64,000 nt of DNA from a candidate division WOR-3 bacterium. Its GTDB lineage: Bacteria > Hydrothermota > Hydrothermia > Hydrothermales > JAJRUZ01. Under the pieces are notes generated by a model. It saw nothing but the letters and a program-made list of their open reading frames with translations. It was not told the DNA's origin and did no database searches. The position numbers were made by a program, and so were the translations under genes. This document shows, piece after piece, positions 7,995 to 16,827 of the stretch. The first letter of the stretch is position 1; each line of letters begins with the position of its first letter. Location of the stretch: contig JAJRUZ010000087.1 in assembly GCA_024277525.1 (NCBI GenBank), positions 4,530-68,529 on the forward strand, given 5' to 3'.

Positions 7995-10743
7995 CGAATG
8001 TTAACCACCATTGCCAGGGATCGTAAGCCTTTTGAAGGTTCCATTTTCGTGCAAAATCCAGCTTTAAATAAAAGTATCCCATATTTATCCTAAAACCAAA
8101 TCCGACATCCATTAGTAGATCTTTTGTTTTATAAAAACCGTCACTTTTTTCAAAAAGTTTAAATTTTTTAAAATCCGATTTTTCTCCTATTAATCCTGCT
8201 TCTATAAATAATACACTTTTAAGCCCGCCTATTTCAACAGGAATAAAACCCAATCTTAATCTGTCAAGAAAAGGAATTCTTAATTCAAATGTTCCGTAAA
8301 TAAACTCCCTTCCCCAATAACTGAAAAGATCATACCCTTTCATCATATAAGGACTTCCGAAAAAGTAAGAAATAACCTTTTCATCTCCTTCAATATACCC
8401 GTAAGTAAATCTCATTGCAAAATTTGACCTGGGTGTTAATCTGAAATATTTCCTGAAATCGGATCTTATTTCTACATATTTATATTCGGGTGAAAGACCT
8501 TTTTTAAAACCGATTCCGAAAAATTCTCCGTCCTTCACTCCGTTATAAAATCTGAATCTCCTGTCAAAAATATAATAGAAACTGTAATCAAAAGTAAGAA
8601 AGGTGGAAAAGAAAACTTTGGGCTCAACCGTACTCCAATCAATAAGATACCTTTCCCTGTAAGAAAAATTAAATCCTGTTTCTATTCTGTTAAAAATATC
8701 TATGGGATGAGAAAATCCAAAAAAAACTCCCAATTCTTTGTCCCATGCATCCTGAGATTCAGATAAAATATAGTAAGGAAAATATTGATATATTTCAAAA
8801 TAATAATCCGTTCTTTTTTTAAGATACATAATAAAAAGGTCCCAATTAGAATCAAGCAAATTATCCGATAATTCGGAGAAGAAGATAATTCTCCAGTTGC
8901 CCGGGATATCGGAAAATCCCATTGAGACTCCTCCGTAATATCCGTAAAGAGGATAATATCCAAGACCTGCTATGATCCAATCAGGAGTTAAAGAAAATGT
9001 ATAATCCTGTGAATAATAATCTCCTTCCTGCCACTTTTCACCTTTTTCTTCCTTATATGAAAGTTTCTTAGGTTTATACGATAATACATCGTATATCACA
9101 AAAATATCATATCCTCCTTTCCATAATAAAGAAACCGCAATGGTATTTAAATTATTTGAAAAGGAAACATTACGAATATATGTCGGAAAATCGGTTAACC
9201 TGTAAAGGGAATCCTTTTCAAGGTCATAAAAACATAAATTTCTCACCCCCTCCGGTTCATCATAAAGGAAGTATAATTTATTTTCATATAAAAAAGGATC
9301 TTCTAGATTTCCGAGATAGGGGGTGAGTTTTTCAATATTTCCGTTTAAAGGATTTAAAGAAAATATTGCATAACTTCCGTAATAATTTTCATTGTTTCTA
9401 TCCGAAATAAAGATTATCAGGGTATCATTTACAAAAACAGGGTCCCTATCATCATATTTATCTTCTGTAATGTTCATAATTTCATCATTTAAAAGGTCAT
9501 AGATATAAATATCGGAAAATCCGTCTTTCAAACCTGCAAATACAATTTTACTTCCATCAGGAGAAAAGGAAGGTTCATATCCTGCATCAAGACCGGAAAG
9601 TTCAAATTTTTTCGTTATTTTTTCTTTTTCAGTATCATAAATGAAAATAAGGTCACTTTTTCCCCCAGATGTGATAAAAGTTAAAAACCTTCCGCCTTTT
9701 GAGAAGGACAAGCCCGGTCTTATAAGATGCAGATTCTCGAGTGAGGGATTCTTTTCACCCGAAACTATCTTTTTTGTCTTTTTTGATGATAGGTAGGTAA
9801 CATAAATATCCGTAAATCCTGTTCTATCCGAAATATAAGCAATTTTTGAACCATCAGGAGAAATTGCTATACCTATATTCAAAAATCCGCCTTGTAATCG
9901 GTGATCAGTGATTTGTTCAGATTTTTCAAGAGGGAAGTTATATTCCTTAAAATCCATATACAATTTTTTCTTTAAATACCAGTTAAAATAGTCGGAAAAC
10001 TGTGATAAATTCAAACCAAACAATTTTTTTATATTTCTTCTCAGGTTTCTTGAACTTACAAAGCCTCTTACAAACTCAGAGGCTTTTTCCTTTCCGTATT
10101 CTTCCTCAAGAAACCTGAAAAACATCTCTCCCAATCGATAAACAATATAGCCTCCCATATTTGAGAACTCTTCAAGGGATGGTAAAATATTATTGATTAT
10201 CAAATCTTTTACAAATCCTCTTGTCTCTGCATCTTCTTTATGAGAAAGATACTCTGCAAGTCCTTCCATAACAAACAGAGGAACTTCGGGTAAATTTGTG
10301 GACAAAAGGTTCTGTCCCAATCTTCCGTAAAAAAGATGATATTGAAAAACATGGGTTAATTCATGCACAAGTACATGCCTGAACTCCTCATATGAGCCGT
10401 TAAAAGGCACAACAACCCTTCTTTTAAAAATTTCGGTAAATCCTCCGACTCCTTCTGGTAATACCTCAAGCACCACATTTGTTTGTCTGAAGTCGTTAGG
10501 GGAGTTATAAATCAGAACGGGTATTTTGTAATCCATTTTCACTTTAAAAAATTCCCTCATTTCCGGATAAGCATTTTCTAAAATATAAGAGGCAAATCTT
10601 GCGGGTTTTTCTCCACCCGAGTAATAATAAACATTAAAATGCGCAGTCTCTATTTTCTTAAAATCAAAATCTTTATACTGAATTTTATTAATACCGGAAA
10701 AAATTAAGAATAGGAAAAACAAAAAAGTTGCCCTTTTAATCAA
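7981..10743 (-). CDS. large secreted outer-membrane protein: N-terminal gluzincin-like domain (HELTH...E), TolB-like PD40 beta-propeller repeats, C-terminal predicted beta-barrel ending in Phe
   Basis: 920 aa with signal peptide. HEXXH (VLVHELTHVFQ) is followed by EGLAEY about 30 aa later. Repeated SPDGSKIA/SFSPDGSKIVF...DIY PD40 units. The C-terminal 250 aa are rich in alternating aromatics and end ..LTFGDDF. Confidence 0.6.
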   Translation of the reverse strand: MIKRATFLFFLFLIFSGINKIQYKDFDFKKIETAHFNVYYYSGGEKPARFASYILENAYPEMREFFKVKMDYKIPVLIYNSPNDFRQTNVVLEVLPEGVGGFTEIFKRRVVVPFNGSYEEFRHVLVHELTHVFQYHLFYGRLGQNLLSTNLPEVPLFVMEGLAEYLSHKEDAETRGFVKDLIINNILPSLEEFSNMGGYIVYRLGEMFFRFLEEEYGKEKASEFVRGFVSSRNLRRNIKKLFGLNLSQFSDYFNWYLKKKLYMDFKEYNFPLEKSEQITDHRLQGGFLNIGIAISPDGSKIAYISDRTGFTDIYVTYLSSKKTKKIVSGEKNPSLENLHLIRPGLSFSKGGRFLTFITSGGKSDLIFIYDTEKEKITKKFELSGLDAGYEPSFSPDGSKIVFAGLKDGFSDIYIYDLLNDEIMNITEDKYDDRDPVFVNDTLIIFISDRNNENYYGSYAIFSLNPLNGNIEKLTPYLGNLEDPFLYENKLYFLYDEPEGVRNLCFYDLEKDSLYRLTDFPTYIRNVSFSNNLNTIAVSLLWKGGYDIFVIYDVLSYKPKKLSYKEEKGEKWQEGDYYSQDYTFSLTPDWIIAGLGYYPLYGYYGGVSMGFSDIPGNWRIIFFSELSDNLLDSNWDLFIMYLKKRTDYYFEIYQYFPYYILSESQDAWDKELGVFFGFSHPIDIFNRIETGFNFSYRERYLIDWSTVEPKVFFSTFLTFDYSFYYIFDRRFRFYNGVKDGEFFGIGFKKGLSPEYKYVEIRSDFRKYFRLTPRSNFAMRFTYGYIEGDEKVISYFFGSPYMMKGYDLFSYWGREFIYGTFELRIPFLDRLRLGFIPVEIGGLKSVLFIEAGLIGEKSDFKKFKLFEKSDGFYKTKDLLMDVGFGFRINMGYFYLKLDFARKWNLQKAYDPWQWWLTFGDDF

Positions 10744-11629
10744 AATAAAGATGGTCCGGTATAATATAATTCATGGGGTTTAAAGGCTTGTTAAAAAGCC
10801 GAACTTCATAATGAACATGAACTCCAGTTGTTCTTCCTGTCTTTCCCATCAATGCTATTATGTCTCCTCTCTTTACCTTTTGTCCAACTTTTACAAGGAT
10901 TTTTGAATTATGTGCATATCTTGTCTTAAATCCGTTTCCGTGGTCTATTTCCACTACAAGCCCGTAGCCGTGTCTCCATCCCGCATAGGTAACCCTTCCA
11001 TCAGCAGTTGCAAAAACCGGAGCACCGTAGCTTCCAGAAATATCAATACCTTCATGAAGTTTCAATTTTCCCGTAAAAGGATCCCTTCTGTATCCGAACC
11101 TTGAAGTAATCCATCCGGATCTCACAGGCATTATAGAGGGGGTATGAGCGAGCTCTTTGCCTTTTTTATTTATATAATCTTCAATCTCCTTAACTTTTTC
11201 ATCAAAAATCTTTGTTATATTGAGCATATAATCCAGTCTTTTTTCCAGGTCATTCTCTTTTAATTCAGGGATCAATTCTCCACCTTTTCCCATTTCCAAA
11301 AGCCCTTTCTCAAAAGGTTCAAGCCCTGCAAAATTTCTCAACTTATTCAGTTTATCGGTTAAAATTTCAAGTTTTTTCAATAAACTGTCCTTTTTTATTC
11401 CAAGAACATTAATTTTTCTCCTGAGTTTTTTATTCTCGTGAATCAAAAAATTCAATTTATTTCTATCAATTTCAAAATTCCAGAAATGATAAATAAGGAA
11501 AATATTCATGAAAAATACAAAAAATAAAAATAAAAATAAAAATTTGATTAAACCGGAACTTATATAAAAATTTTTTACATTTTTGGTTCCGTCCGAAGGA
11601 ATAATTTGAAAAAAGAAACCTTTTTTCAT
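10736..11629 (-). CDS. M23 family metalloendopeptidase with N-terminal coiled coil (EnvC/NlpD-like)
   Basis: HEGIDISGSYGAPVFATADG...HVHYEV LytM-domain motifs. TM/signal at the N-terminus, then a coiled-coil segment. Confidence 0.85.
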   Translation of the reverse strand: MKKGFFFQIIPSDGTKNVKNFYISSGLIKFLFLFLFFVFFMNIFLIYHFWNFEIDRNKLNFLIHENKKLRRKINVLGIKKDSLLKKLEILTDKLNKLRNFAGLEPFEKGLLEMGKGGELIPELKENDLEKRLDYMLNITKIFDEKVKEIEDYINKKGKELAHTPSIMPVRSGWITSRFGYRRDPFTGKLKLHEGIDISGSYGAPVFATADGRVTYAGWRHGYGLVVEIDHGNGFKTRYAHNSKILVKVGQKVKRGDIIALMGKTGRTTGVHVHYEVRLFNKPLNPMNYIIPDHLYFD

Positions 11630-11680
11630 AATTTTATAATAAGGTCAAAAAAATCAAAAAGTCAAAAATTAATTATAAGG

Positions 11681-11710
11681 TTGACAAACTCATATATCAA
11701 AATGTATAAT
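11681..11710 (+). promoter_or_regulatory. candidate sigma70-type promoter for rplM (TTGACA-18 nt-TATAAT, TG immediately 5' of the -10)
   Basis: Consensus hexamers read directly from the sequence. The 5' UTR would be only about 6 nt, so there is no SD, and this is uncertain. Confidence 0.35.
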
Positions 11711-11722
11711 TAAACTTCAATT

Positions 11723-12166
11723 ATGGAAAGAATTACACCCATGGATTTTAAAAACATTGAAAGGAAATGGCATCTTGTTGATGCCAGCGATAAGGTATTG
11801 GGAAGATTGGCGTCCCGTATTGCACTTCTTCTAATGGGAAAAAGAAAACCGAATTATACACCTCATATTGATCAAGGAGACTTTGTGGTGGTTATAAATG
11901 CTGAAAAGGTGAAATTAACAGGAAATAAACTTGAAAATAAGATTTATTATCATCATTCGGGTTATCCCGGGGGATTAAAGGCAAGAAAAGCAAAGGAGAT
12001 TCTGGAGAAGCACCCCGAGAGATTGATAAAACTTGCAGTTAAAAGAATGTTACCGAAAAATAAACTCGGAAGGAAAATGTTAAAAAGATTGAAAGTATAT
12101 GCAGGGGACAAGCATCCCCATCAGGCACAAAAACCTCAAATGATTGAAATAGAGAAGGTTCTTTAA
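11723..12166 (+). CDS. rplM: 50S ribosomal protein L13
   Basis: 147 aa, ..[16 protein letters not shown].. L13 N-terminus. Confidence 0.92.
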   Translation: MERITPMDFKNIERKWHLVDASDKVLGRLASRIALLLMGKRKPNYTPHIDQGDFVVVINAEKVKLTGNKLENKIYYHHSGYPGGLKARKAKEILEKHPERLIKLAVKRMLPKNKLGRKMLKRLKVYAGDKHPHQAQKPQMIEIEKVL

Positions 12167-12167
12167 T

Positions 12168-12557
12168 ATGGGAGAATTAATTTTTACATCAGGCGGCAGG
12201 AAATCTGCACGGGCGAGGTTAAGGCTTCGCCCAGGCACGGGAAAAATATGGGTAAACGGAAAAAGACCTCTTGAATATTTCAAAAGGCAGGACCTTGTAA
12301 TACATGCTTTTGAACCTCTTTCTGCGGTGCAAAAGGAAAAGGATTTTGATATTGCGGTAAAAGTTAAAGGAGGTGGTTTATCCGGACAAGCGGGTGCAAT
12401 AAGGTATGCTTTAAGTAAGGCTCTTGTTCAATATAATGAAGGATTTAAAGCAGTATTAAAAGCACGGGGAATGTTAACCCGTGACCCAAGGGAAAAGGAG
12501 AGGATGAAATATGGACTTACAAAACGTAGAAGGGCGCACCAGTATTCAAAACGCTGA
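12168..12557 (+). CDS. rpsI: 30S ribosomal protein S9
   Basis: 129 aa, C-terminus ..KYGLTKRRRAHQYSKR. Confidence 0.93.
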   Translation: MGELIFTSGGRKSARARLRLRPGTGKIWVNGKRPLEYFKRQDLVIHAFEPLSAVQKEKDFDIAVKVKGGGLSGQAGAIRYALSKALVQYNEGFKAVLKARGMLTRDPREKERMKYGLTKRRRAHQYSKR

Positions 12558-13245
12558 TATAAAAATAGAGGACTTACTTCAAAGTGGTGTGCATTTCGGA
12601 CAGAGGACATACCGTTGGAATCCTAAGATGAAGCCTTTTATATTCGGAAAAAGGGAGGGAATTTATATCATCAATATTCACAAGACGCTTGAATATCTGA
12701 GAAAGGCAATGGAATTCGCGGAAAAAGCAGGAGAGCAGGGTTTAATTCCGCTTTTTGTATGTACAAAAAAACAGGGAAAAGACATTATAAAGGAACAAGC
12801 GGAAAGAATCGGGGCTCATTATGTAACCGAGAGATGGCTCGGAGGGCTTTTAACCAATTTTGAGACAATAAAGACCAGAATAGAGAAAATGAGAGAGATA
12901 GAAAAATTGAAAGAATCCGATCGGTTTGAAAAATATCCCAAAAAGGAGAGACAAAAAATTTTAAAACTTTATGAAAAACTGCAAAGGAACTTGGGTGGAG
13001 TAAGGGAAATGTTTGAGTTGCCGGGTTTTTTATATGTTGTTGACCCTGTTAAAGAGGACCTGGCTGTTAAGGAAGCAAACAAATTAAAAATACCGATAAT
13101 TGCCCTTATAGATACGGACGGAAACCCCGAACTCATAGATTATCCAATCCCCGGGAATGATGATGCAATGAAATCAATTGAATTTATAACGAAATTAATT
13201 GCAGAAAGCTATTTAAAAGGAAAGGCAAAAATAAAGGAGGAATAA
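12511..13245 (+). CDS. rpsB: 30S ribosomal protein S2
   Basis: LLQSGVHFGQRTYRWNPKM S2 signature. The only in-frame ATG with an SD (AAGGAG 10 nt upstream) is at 12511, inside the rpsI 3' end (47-nt overlap). The start could instead be a rare non-ATG codon near 12559. Confidence 0.85.
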   Translation: MDLQNVEGRTSIQNADIKIEDLLQSGVHFGQRTYRWNPKMKPFIFGKREGIYIINIHKTLEYLRKAMEFAEKAGEQGLIPLFVCTKKQGKDIIKEQAERIGAHYVTERWLGGLLTNFETIKTRIEKMREIEKLKESDRFEKYPKKERQKILKLYEKLQRNLGGVREMFELPGFLYVVDPVKEDLAVKEANKLKIPIIALIDTDGNPELIDYPIPGNDDAMKSIEFITKLIAESYLKGKAKIKEE

Positions 13246-13845
13246 ATGGCAGAAATTACACTTGAATTGATTAAGGAACTGCGGGAAAGGACGGGTGCAG
13301 GAGTAATGGATTGCAAGAAAGCCCTGAAGGAAGCCGATGGTGACATTGAGAAAGCAATAGAGATATTGAGGAAAATGGGCATTGCAAAGGCTGAAAAAAA
13401 ACTGGATAGGGAGGCAAAAGAGGGAATTATTGAGGCATACATTCATCCGGGTGCAAAACTGGGTGTCCTGATTGAGTTGAATTGTGAAACCGATTTTGTG
13501 GCAAAAAATGAAGAGTTTAAAAAACTTGCAAAGGAAATAGCAATGCAGATTGCTGCAATGAGTCCTATTGCGGTCACAAGGGAGCAGGTTCCGGAAGAAA
13601 TCATTGAAAGGGAAAAGAAAATTTATGAAGAACAGGCAAGGGAAAGCGGAAAACCCGAACATATAATCTCAAAAATTATTGAGGGTAAGCTCGAAAACTT
13701 TTTTAAGGAAAAATGTCTGGTTGAACAGAGCTATATAAGGGATCCTTCAATCACTGTAGGAGATTTAATAAAGCAACATATATCAAAATTCGGAGAAAAT
13801 ATAGTTATAAGAAGATTTGCAAGGTTCAGGATAGGAGAGAAATAA
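13246..13845 (+). CDS. tsf: elongation factor Ts (short form)
   Basis: 199 aa, UBA-like N-terminus ..[16 protein letters not shown].., immediately after rpsB. Confidence 0.92.
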   Translation: MAEITLELIKELRERTGAGVMDCKKALKEADGDIEKAIEILRKMGIAKAEKKLDREAKEGIIEAYIHPGAKLGVLIELNCETDFVAKNEEFKKLAKEIAMQIAAMSPIAVTREQVPEEIIEREKKIYEEQARESGKPEHIISKIIEGKLENFFKEKCLVEQSYIRDPSITVGDLIKQHISKFGENIVIRRFARFRIGEK

Positions 13846-13915
13846 AAAATTTAGGGATTTTAGTAAATTTTTCATCCATGTCAGACTGTAAGGAACCGAG
13901 AAGAGTAAATAAACC

Positions 13916-13930
13916 TTAAACCCTAACTCT
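13916..13930. repeat. left copy of a perfect 15-bp inverted repeat TTAAACCCTAACTCT
   Basis: Exact reverse complement of 14232-14246. Confidence 0.8.
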
Positions 13931-13984
13931 GCATTTTTTAAGTAATAGGAAGGGTGGGTTCGGAGGATTTATTATGACAGAATT

Positions 13985-14224
13985 GTGAAAAGCAATAATT
14001 TTCAATATTTATACATATATCACATTTCCAATTTTACACTTGAAATTTTATATTTTTTATGTTCAAAATATCCTGAATGGGTTTTGAAATATAAAAAGAA
14101 GGGAACCGCCATTCATAAGATTGACGGAAATTATTATTTGTATGGGAAAATTCAATGGATAACCCTTGAAATACCAAAACAATCAAGAAGTCTGATTGAA
14201 AAATTAAAAATACCTATTACTTAA
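13985..14224 (+). CDS. hypothetical 79-aa ORF inside the TIR-bounded segment (GTG start, no SD); may be non-coding or a gene remnant
   Basis: Open frame only. No recognisable motif, no internal Met, weak start context. Confidence 0.2.
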   Translation: MKSNNFQYLYIYHISNFTLEILYFLCSKYPEWVLKYKKKGTAIHKIDGNYYLYGKIQWITLEIPKQSRSLIEKLKIPIT

Positions 14225-14231
14225 TTTTTAA

Positions 14232-14246
14232 AGAGTTAGGGTTTAA
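14232..14246. repeat. right copy of the 15-bp inverted repeat (AGAGTTAGGGTTTAA)
   Basis: Exact reverse complement of 13916-13930. Confidence 0.8.
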
Positions 14247-14330
14247 TATTTCTGAGATTCTATGCAATAAATCATACTTCAGCATTTTTACACACACTAA
14301 GCCTATGAACATGTTTGTATTTTATAATTT

Positions 14331-15788
14331 TTAGCCTTTTACTACTCCGAAGGGTTTCAATCTGGCAACTTTTTTTGAAATTTTTGCCCTGTGCACAACA
14401 TCAACAACAATATCCAAATCTTTATAAGCATCCGGTATTTCCTCCTCCATCGTATCCCTTGAAGCTGCCCTTATCTTTACTCCTATTTTCAAGAGTTCTG
14501 CTTTTATATCCCTTACTTTTGACGCCCTTATCGCCGCTTTTCTTGATAAAACCCTACCCGCTCCGTGACATGTTGATCCGAAACACTTTTCCATTGCCTC
14601 TTTTGTTCCTACAAGAATATATGAACCCGTTCCCATACTTCCAGGAATCAAAACAGGTTGCCCTATATTCTTGTAGACTTCCGGGATTTCGGGATGACCC
14701 GGTGGAAACGCCCTTGTTGCCCCTTTTCTGTGAACCCATACCCATTTTTCCACACCCTTAATAATATGTTTTTCCCTTTTTGCAATATTATGAGCAACAT
14801 CATAAATCATTTCAATTCCGAGTTCTTTTGCATTTTTACCGAAAACTTTTTCGAAACTTTCCCTTACCCAGTGAGCAATCATCTGCCTGTTACACCATGC
14901 AAAATTCGCAGCAGAAGTCATTGCTTTTATATAATCTTTTGCCTCTTTTGAATAGATCGGAGCACATGCAAGTTGTTTATCAGGTAAGTTTATTCCGTAT
15001 TTCCTCATGGCAGACATCATAACCCTGATGTAATCATCCGCAATCTGGTGCCCGAATCCCCTTGAACCGCAATGTATCATTAAGCAAACTTGACCTCTAA
15101 ATAAACCCATCTTTTTTGCTGCTTCTTCATCAAAAATTTTCTCAACAACTTGAAGTTCAAGGAAATGATTTCCCGAGCCAAGTGTCCCGAGCTGGGGCAT
15201 TCCCCTTTGTCTTGCTCTTTTAAAAACAGCGTTGGGATCCGCACCTTCCATTGCACCGTAAGATTCGGTTCTCTCTAAATCTTCCTCTGTCCCGAATCCC
15301 CTTTTGACCGCCCACTTTGCTCCTGTTACCATTACATCCTCAAGGTCACTTTCACTTACCCTTATTTTCCCCTTTGCTCCTACACCGGAAGGAATATTAA
15401 TAAAAAGCGCATCAAGCAATTTGTCAAGATATTTTTCAACCTCCTCTTTTTTTAAATTTGTACGCAAAACCCTTACACCGCAATTTATATCATAACCCAC
15501 TCCTCCGGGCGAAATTACTCCTTCTTTTTCATCCATCGCAGCAACCCCTCCTATCGGAAATCCGTATCCCCAATGTATGTCAGGCATTGCATAGGAGGCT
15601 TTCTGAATTCCAGGCAGATGAGCAACATTCGCTACCTGCTCGGGTGCCTTATCCTGCACAATACTCTCCATAAGCCTCTTTGTAGCAAAAATTACACCCG
15701 GAACCCTCATTCCGGGCTTGTAATTTTTCGGAATTTCAAAAGTCACATCGTCAATTTGCTTTAAAGGACCTCTCCATGCATCATTCAT
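14331..15788 (-). CDS. rtcB: RNA 3'-phosphate ligase RtcB
   Basis: RtcB family motifs (..HCGSRGFGHQI.., ..GTLGSGNHFLE.., C-terminus ..STCHGAGR..). Start reassigned to ATG at 15788 (MNDAWRG...), which has GGAGG 8 nt upstream. The 37 codons that the longer ORF adds upstream overlap the next gene. Confidence 0.9.
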   Translation of the reverse strand: MNDAWRGPLKQIDDVTFEIPKNYKPGMRVPGVIFATKRLMESIVQDKAPEQVANVAHLPGIQKASYAMPDIHWGYGFPIGGVAAMDEKEGVISPGGVGYDINCGVRVLRTNLKKEEVEKYLDKLLDALFINIPSGVGAKGKIRVSESDLEDVMVTGAKWAVKRGFGTEEDLERTESYGAMEGADPNAVFKRARQRGMPQLGTLGSGNHFLELQVVEKIFDEEAAKKMGLFRGQVCLMIHCGSRGFGHQIADDYIRVMMSAMRKYGINLPDKQLACAPIYSKEAKDYIKAMTSAANFAWCNRQMIAHWVRESFEKVFGKNAKELGIEMIYDVAHNIAKREKHIIKGVEKWVWVHRKGATRAFPPGHPEIPEVYKNIGQPVLIPGSMGTGSYILVGTKEAMEKCFGSTCHGAGRVLSRKAAIRASKVRDIKAELLKIGVKIRAASRDTMEEEIPDAYKDLDIVVDVVHRAKISKKVARLKPFGVVKG

Positions 15789-15805
15789 AATTTTTTCCTC
15801 CTTTT

Positions 15806-15961
15806 TTATACAAGACACAACTCTATTGCCTCCTTTATATTTTTTAAAGCCTCTTCCACCGTCTCTCCCTGAGAGTAACACCCCGGTAGGGAAGGGCAAA
15901 TAACAACATACCCTCCCTTTTCGTCCGATTCAAGAATTACTTTAAATTCAAATATCTTCAT
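15806..15961 (-). CDS. HicB-like / UPF0150-family small protein (51 aa), not in the supplied ORF track
   Basis: MKIFEFKVILESDEKGGYVVICPSLPGCYSQGETVEEALKNIKEAIELCLV*. GGAGG lies 7 nt upstream of the ATG. The sequence matches the HicB N-domain pattern Y.v..P.LPGC.s.G.T.EEAl.N..EAI. The stop lies 17 nt upstream of the rtcB start. Confidence 0.6.
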   Translation of the reverse strand: MKIFEFKVILESDEKGGYVVICPSLPGCYSQGETVEEALKNIKEAIELCLV

Positions 15962-15996
15962 AATGGTTCCTCCTTTTTATATATCATTATAAACCA

Positions 15997-16827
15997 TCAT
16001 TTTGAGATTTTTAAAAGATAATTAAGAAATTCTTTTTCTACAGTTTTATAATTCTTATTTATTTTTATTTTAACTCCGTTTATTGAACAGACGGGCTTGA
16101 ATTCTGTTGTTGTTCCTGTAAGGTAAACAGAATCAGCATTAAACAAATCCCAAACAAAAATCTTTGTTTCTATCACCCGGATCCCCCTGTTTCTCAAAAA
16201 CTCAATCAATCTTTTCCTTGTCACACCGGGCAGTATACCGTTCAGTTCCGGAGTAAAAAATATTCCGTCTTTTTCATAAAAAACATTGGTTGAGGTCCCT
16301 TCTTTTACAGCTCCCTCCTTTTCAAAAAAAATTGCCTCATCATAATTTTTTTTCTTTGCATAAAATTTGGCAAGAACATTCGGAAGTAGATTTGTCGTTT
16401 TTATATCAACCCTTTTCCATCTGATTTCTGGATGAAGAATAATTTTTAATTTATCGGGTCTCTTACAAATTTTTTGCGCAAAAACAAAATAATTCGGCTC
16501 CGGTCTCCGTTCTACAAAATGTTCCCTTTCGGTTGCTCCTCCTGTAACCTGAATATAAATTGATAGTTCATCATTACCCGTCTTTTTCGCAACTTCAAGA
16601 CATATTTTCTTCCACTCATTCCTTCTCAGGGGATTCTTCATCCCGATCTCTCTCAATCCCCTCTCCATTCTCTCTATATGGTCATCAAAACATATAAGAA
16701 TGCCATTTTGATATTTTATAACTTCATAAACTGACTCACCGAAATTAAACCCCCGGTCCTTTAAAAATTGATAAAAGGTCTTATTTTTTATAAATCTACC
16801 GTTATAAAAAATTATTTTATTATCCAT
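15997..16827 (-). CDS. PLP-dependent class IV aminotransferase (branched-chain/D-amino-acid aminotransferase or aminodeoxychorismate lyase family)
   Basis: 276 aa with fold-type IV features (..EGTSTNVF.., ..DIKTTNLL.., LTGTTTE). Confidence 0.75.
   Translation of the reverse strand: MDNKIIFYNGRFIKNKTFYQFLKDRGFNFGESVYEVIKYQNGILICFDDHIERMERGLREIGMKNPLRRNEWKKICLEVAKKTGNDELSIYIQVTGGATEREHFVERRPEPNYFVFAQKICKRPDKLKIILHPEIRWKRVDIKTTNLLPNVLAKFYAKKKNYDEAIFFEKEGAVKEGTSTNVFYEKDGIFFTPELNGILPGVTRKRLIEFLRNRGIRVIETKIFVWDLFNADSVYLTGTTTEFKPVCSINGVKIKINKNYKTVEKEFLNYLLKISK

Larger units (their letters stand above)
13916..14246. mobile_element. candidate 331-bp TIR-bounded insertion (MITE-like or transposon remnant) between tsf and rtcB
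   Basis: Perfect 15-bp terminal inverted repeats flank an AT-rich segment that carries one stop-free 80-codon frame. It sits where pyrH-frr normally follow tsf. Confidence 0.3.

Noticed and set aside
15789-15899. N-terminal 37-codon extension of rtcB given by the longest ORF (MPFPTGV...)
   Set aside because: An internal ATG at 15788 has a perfect GGAGG SD. The extension overlaps the HicB-like ORF in another frame and has no RtcB homology, so the shorter start was chosen.
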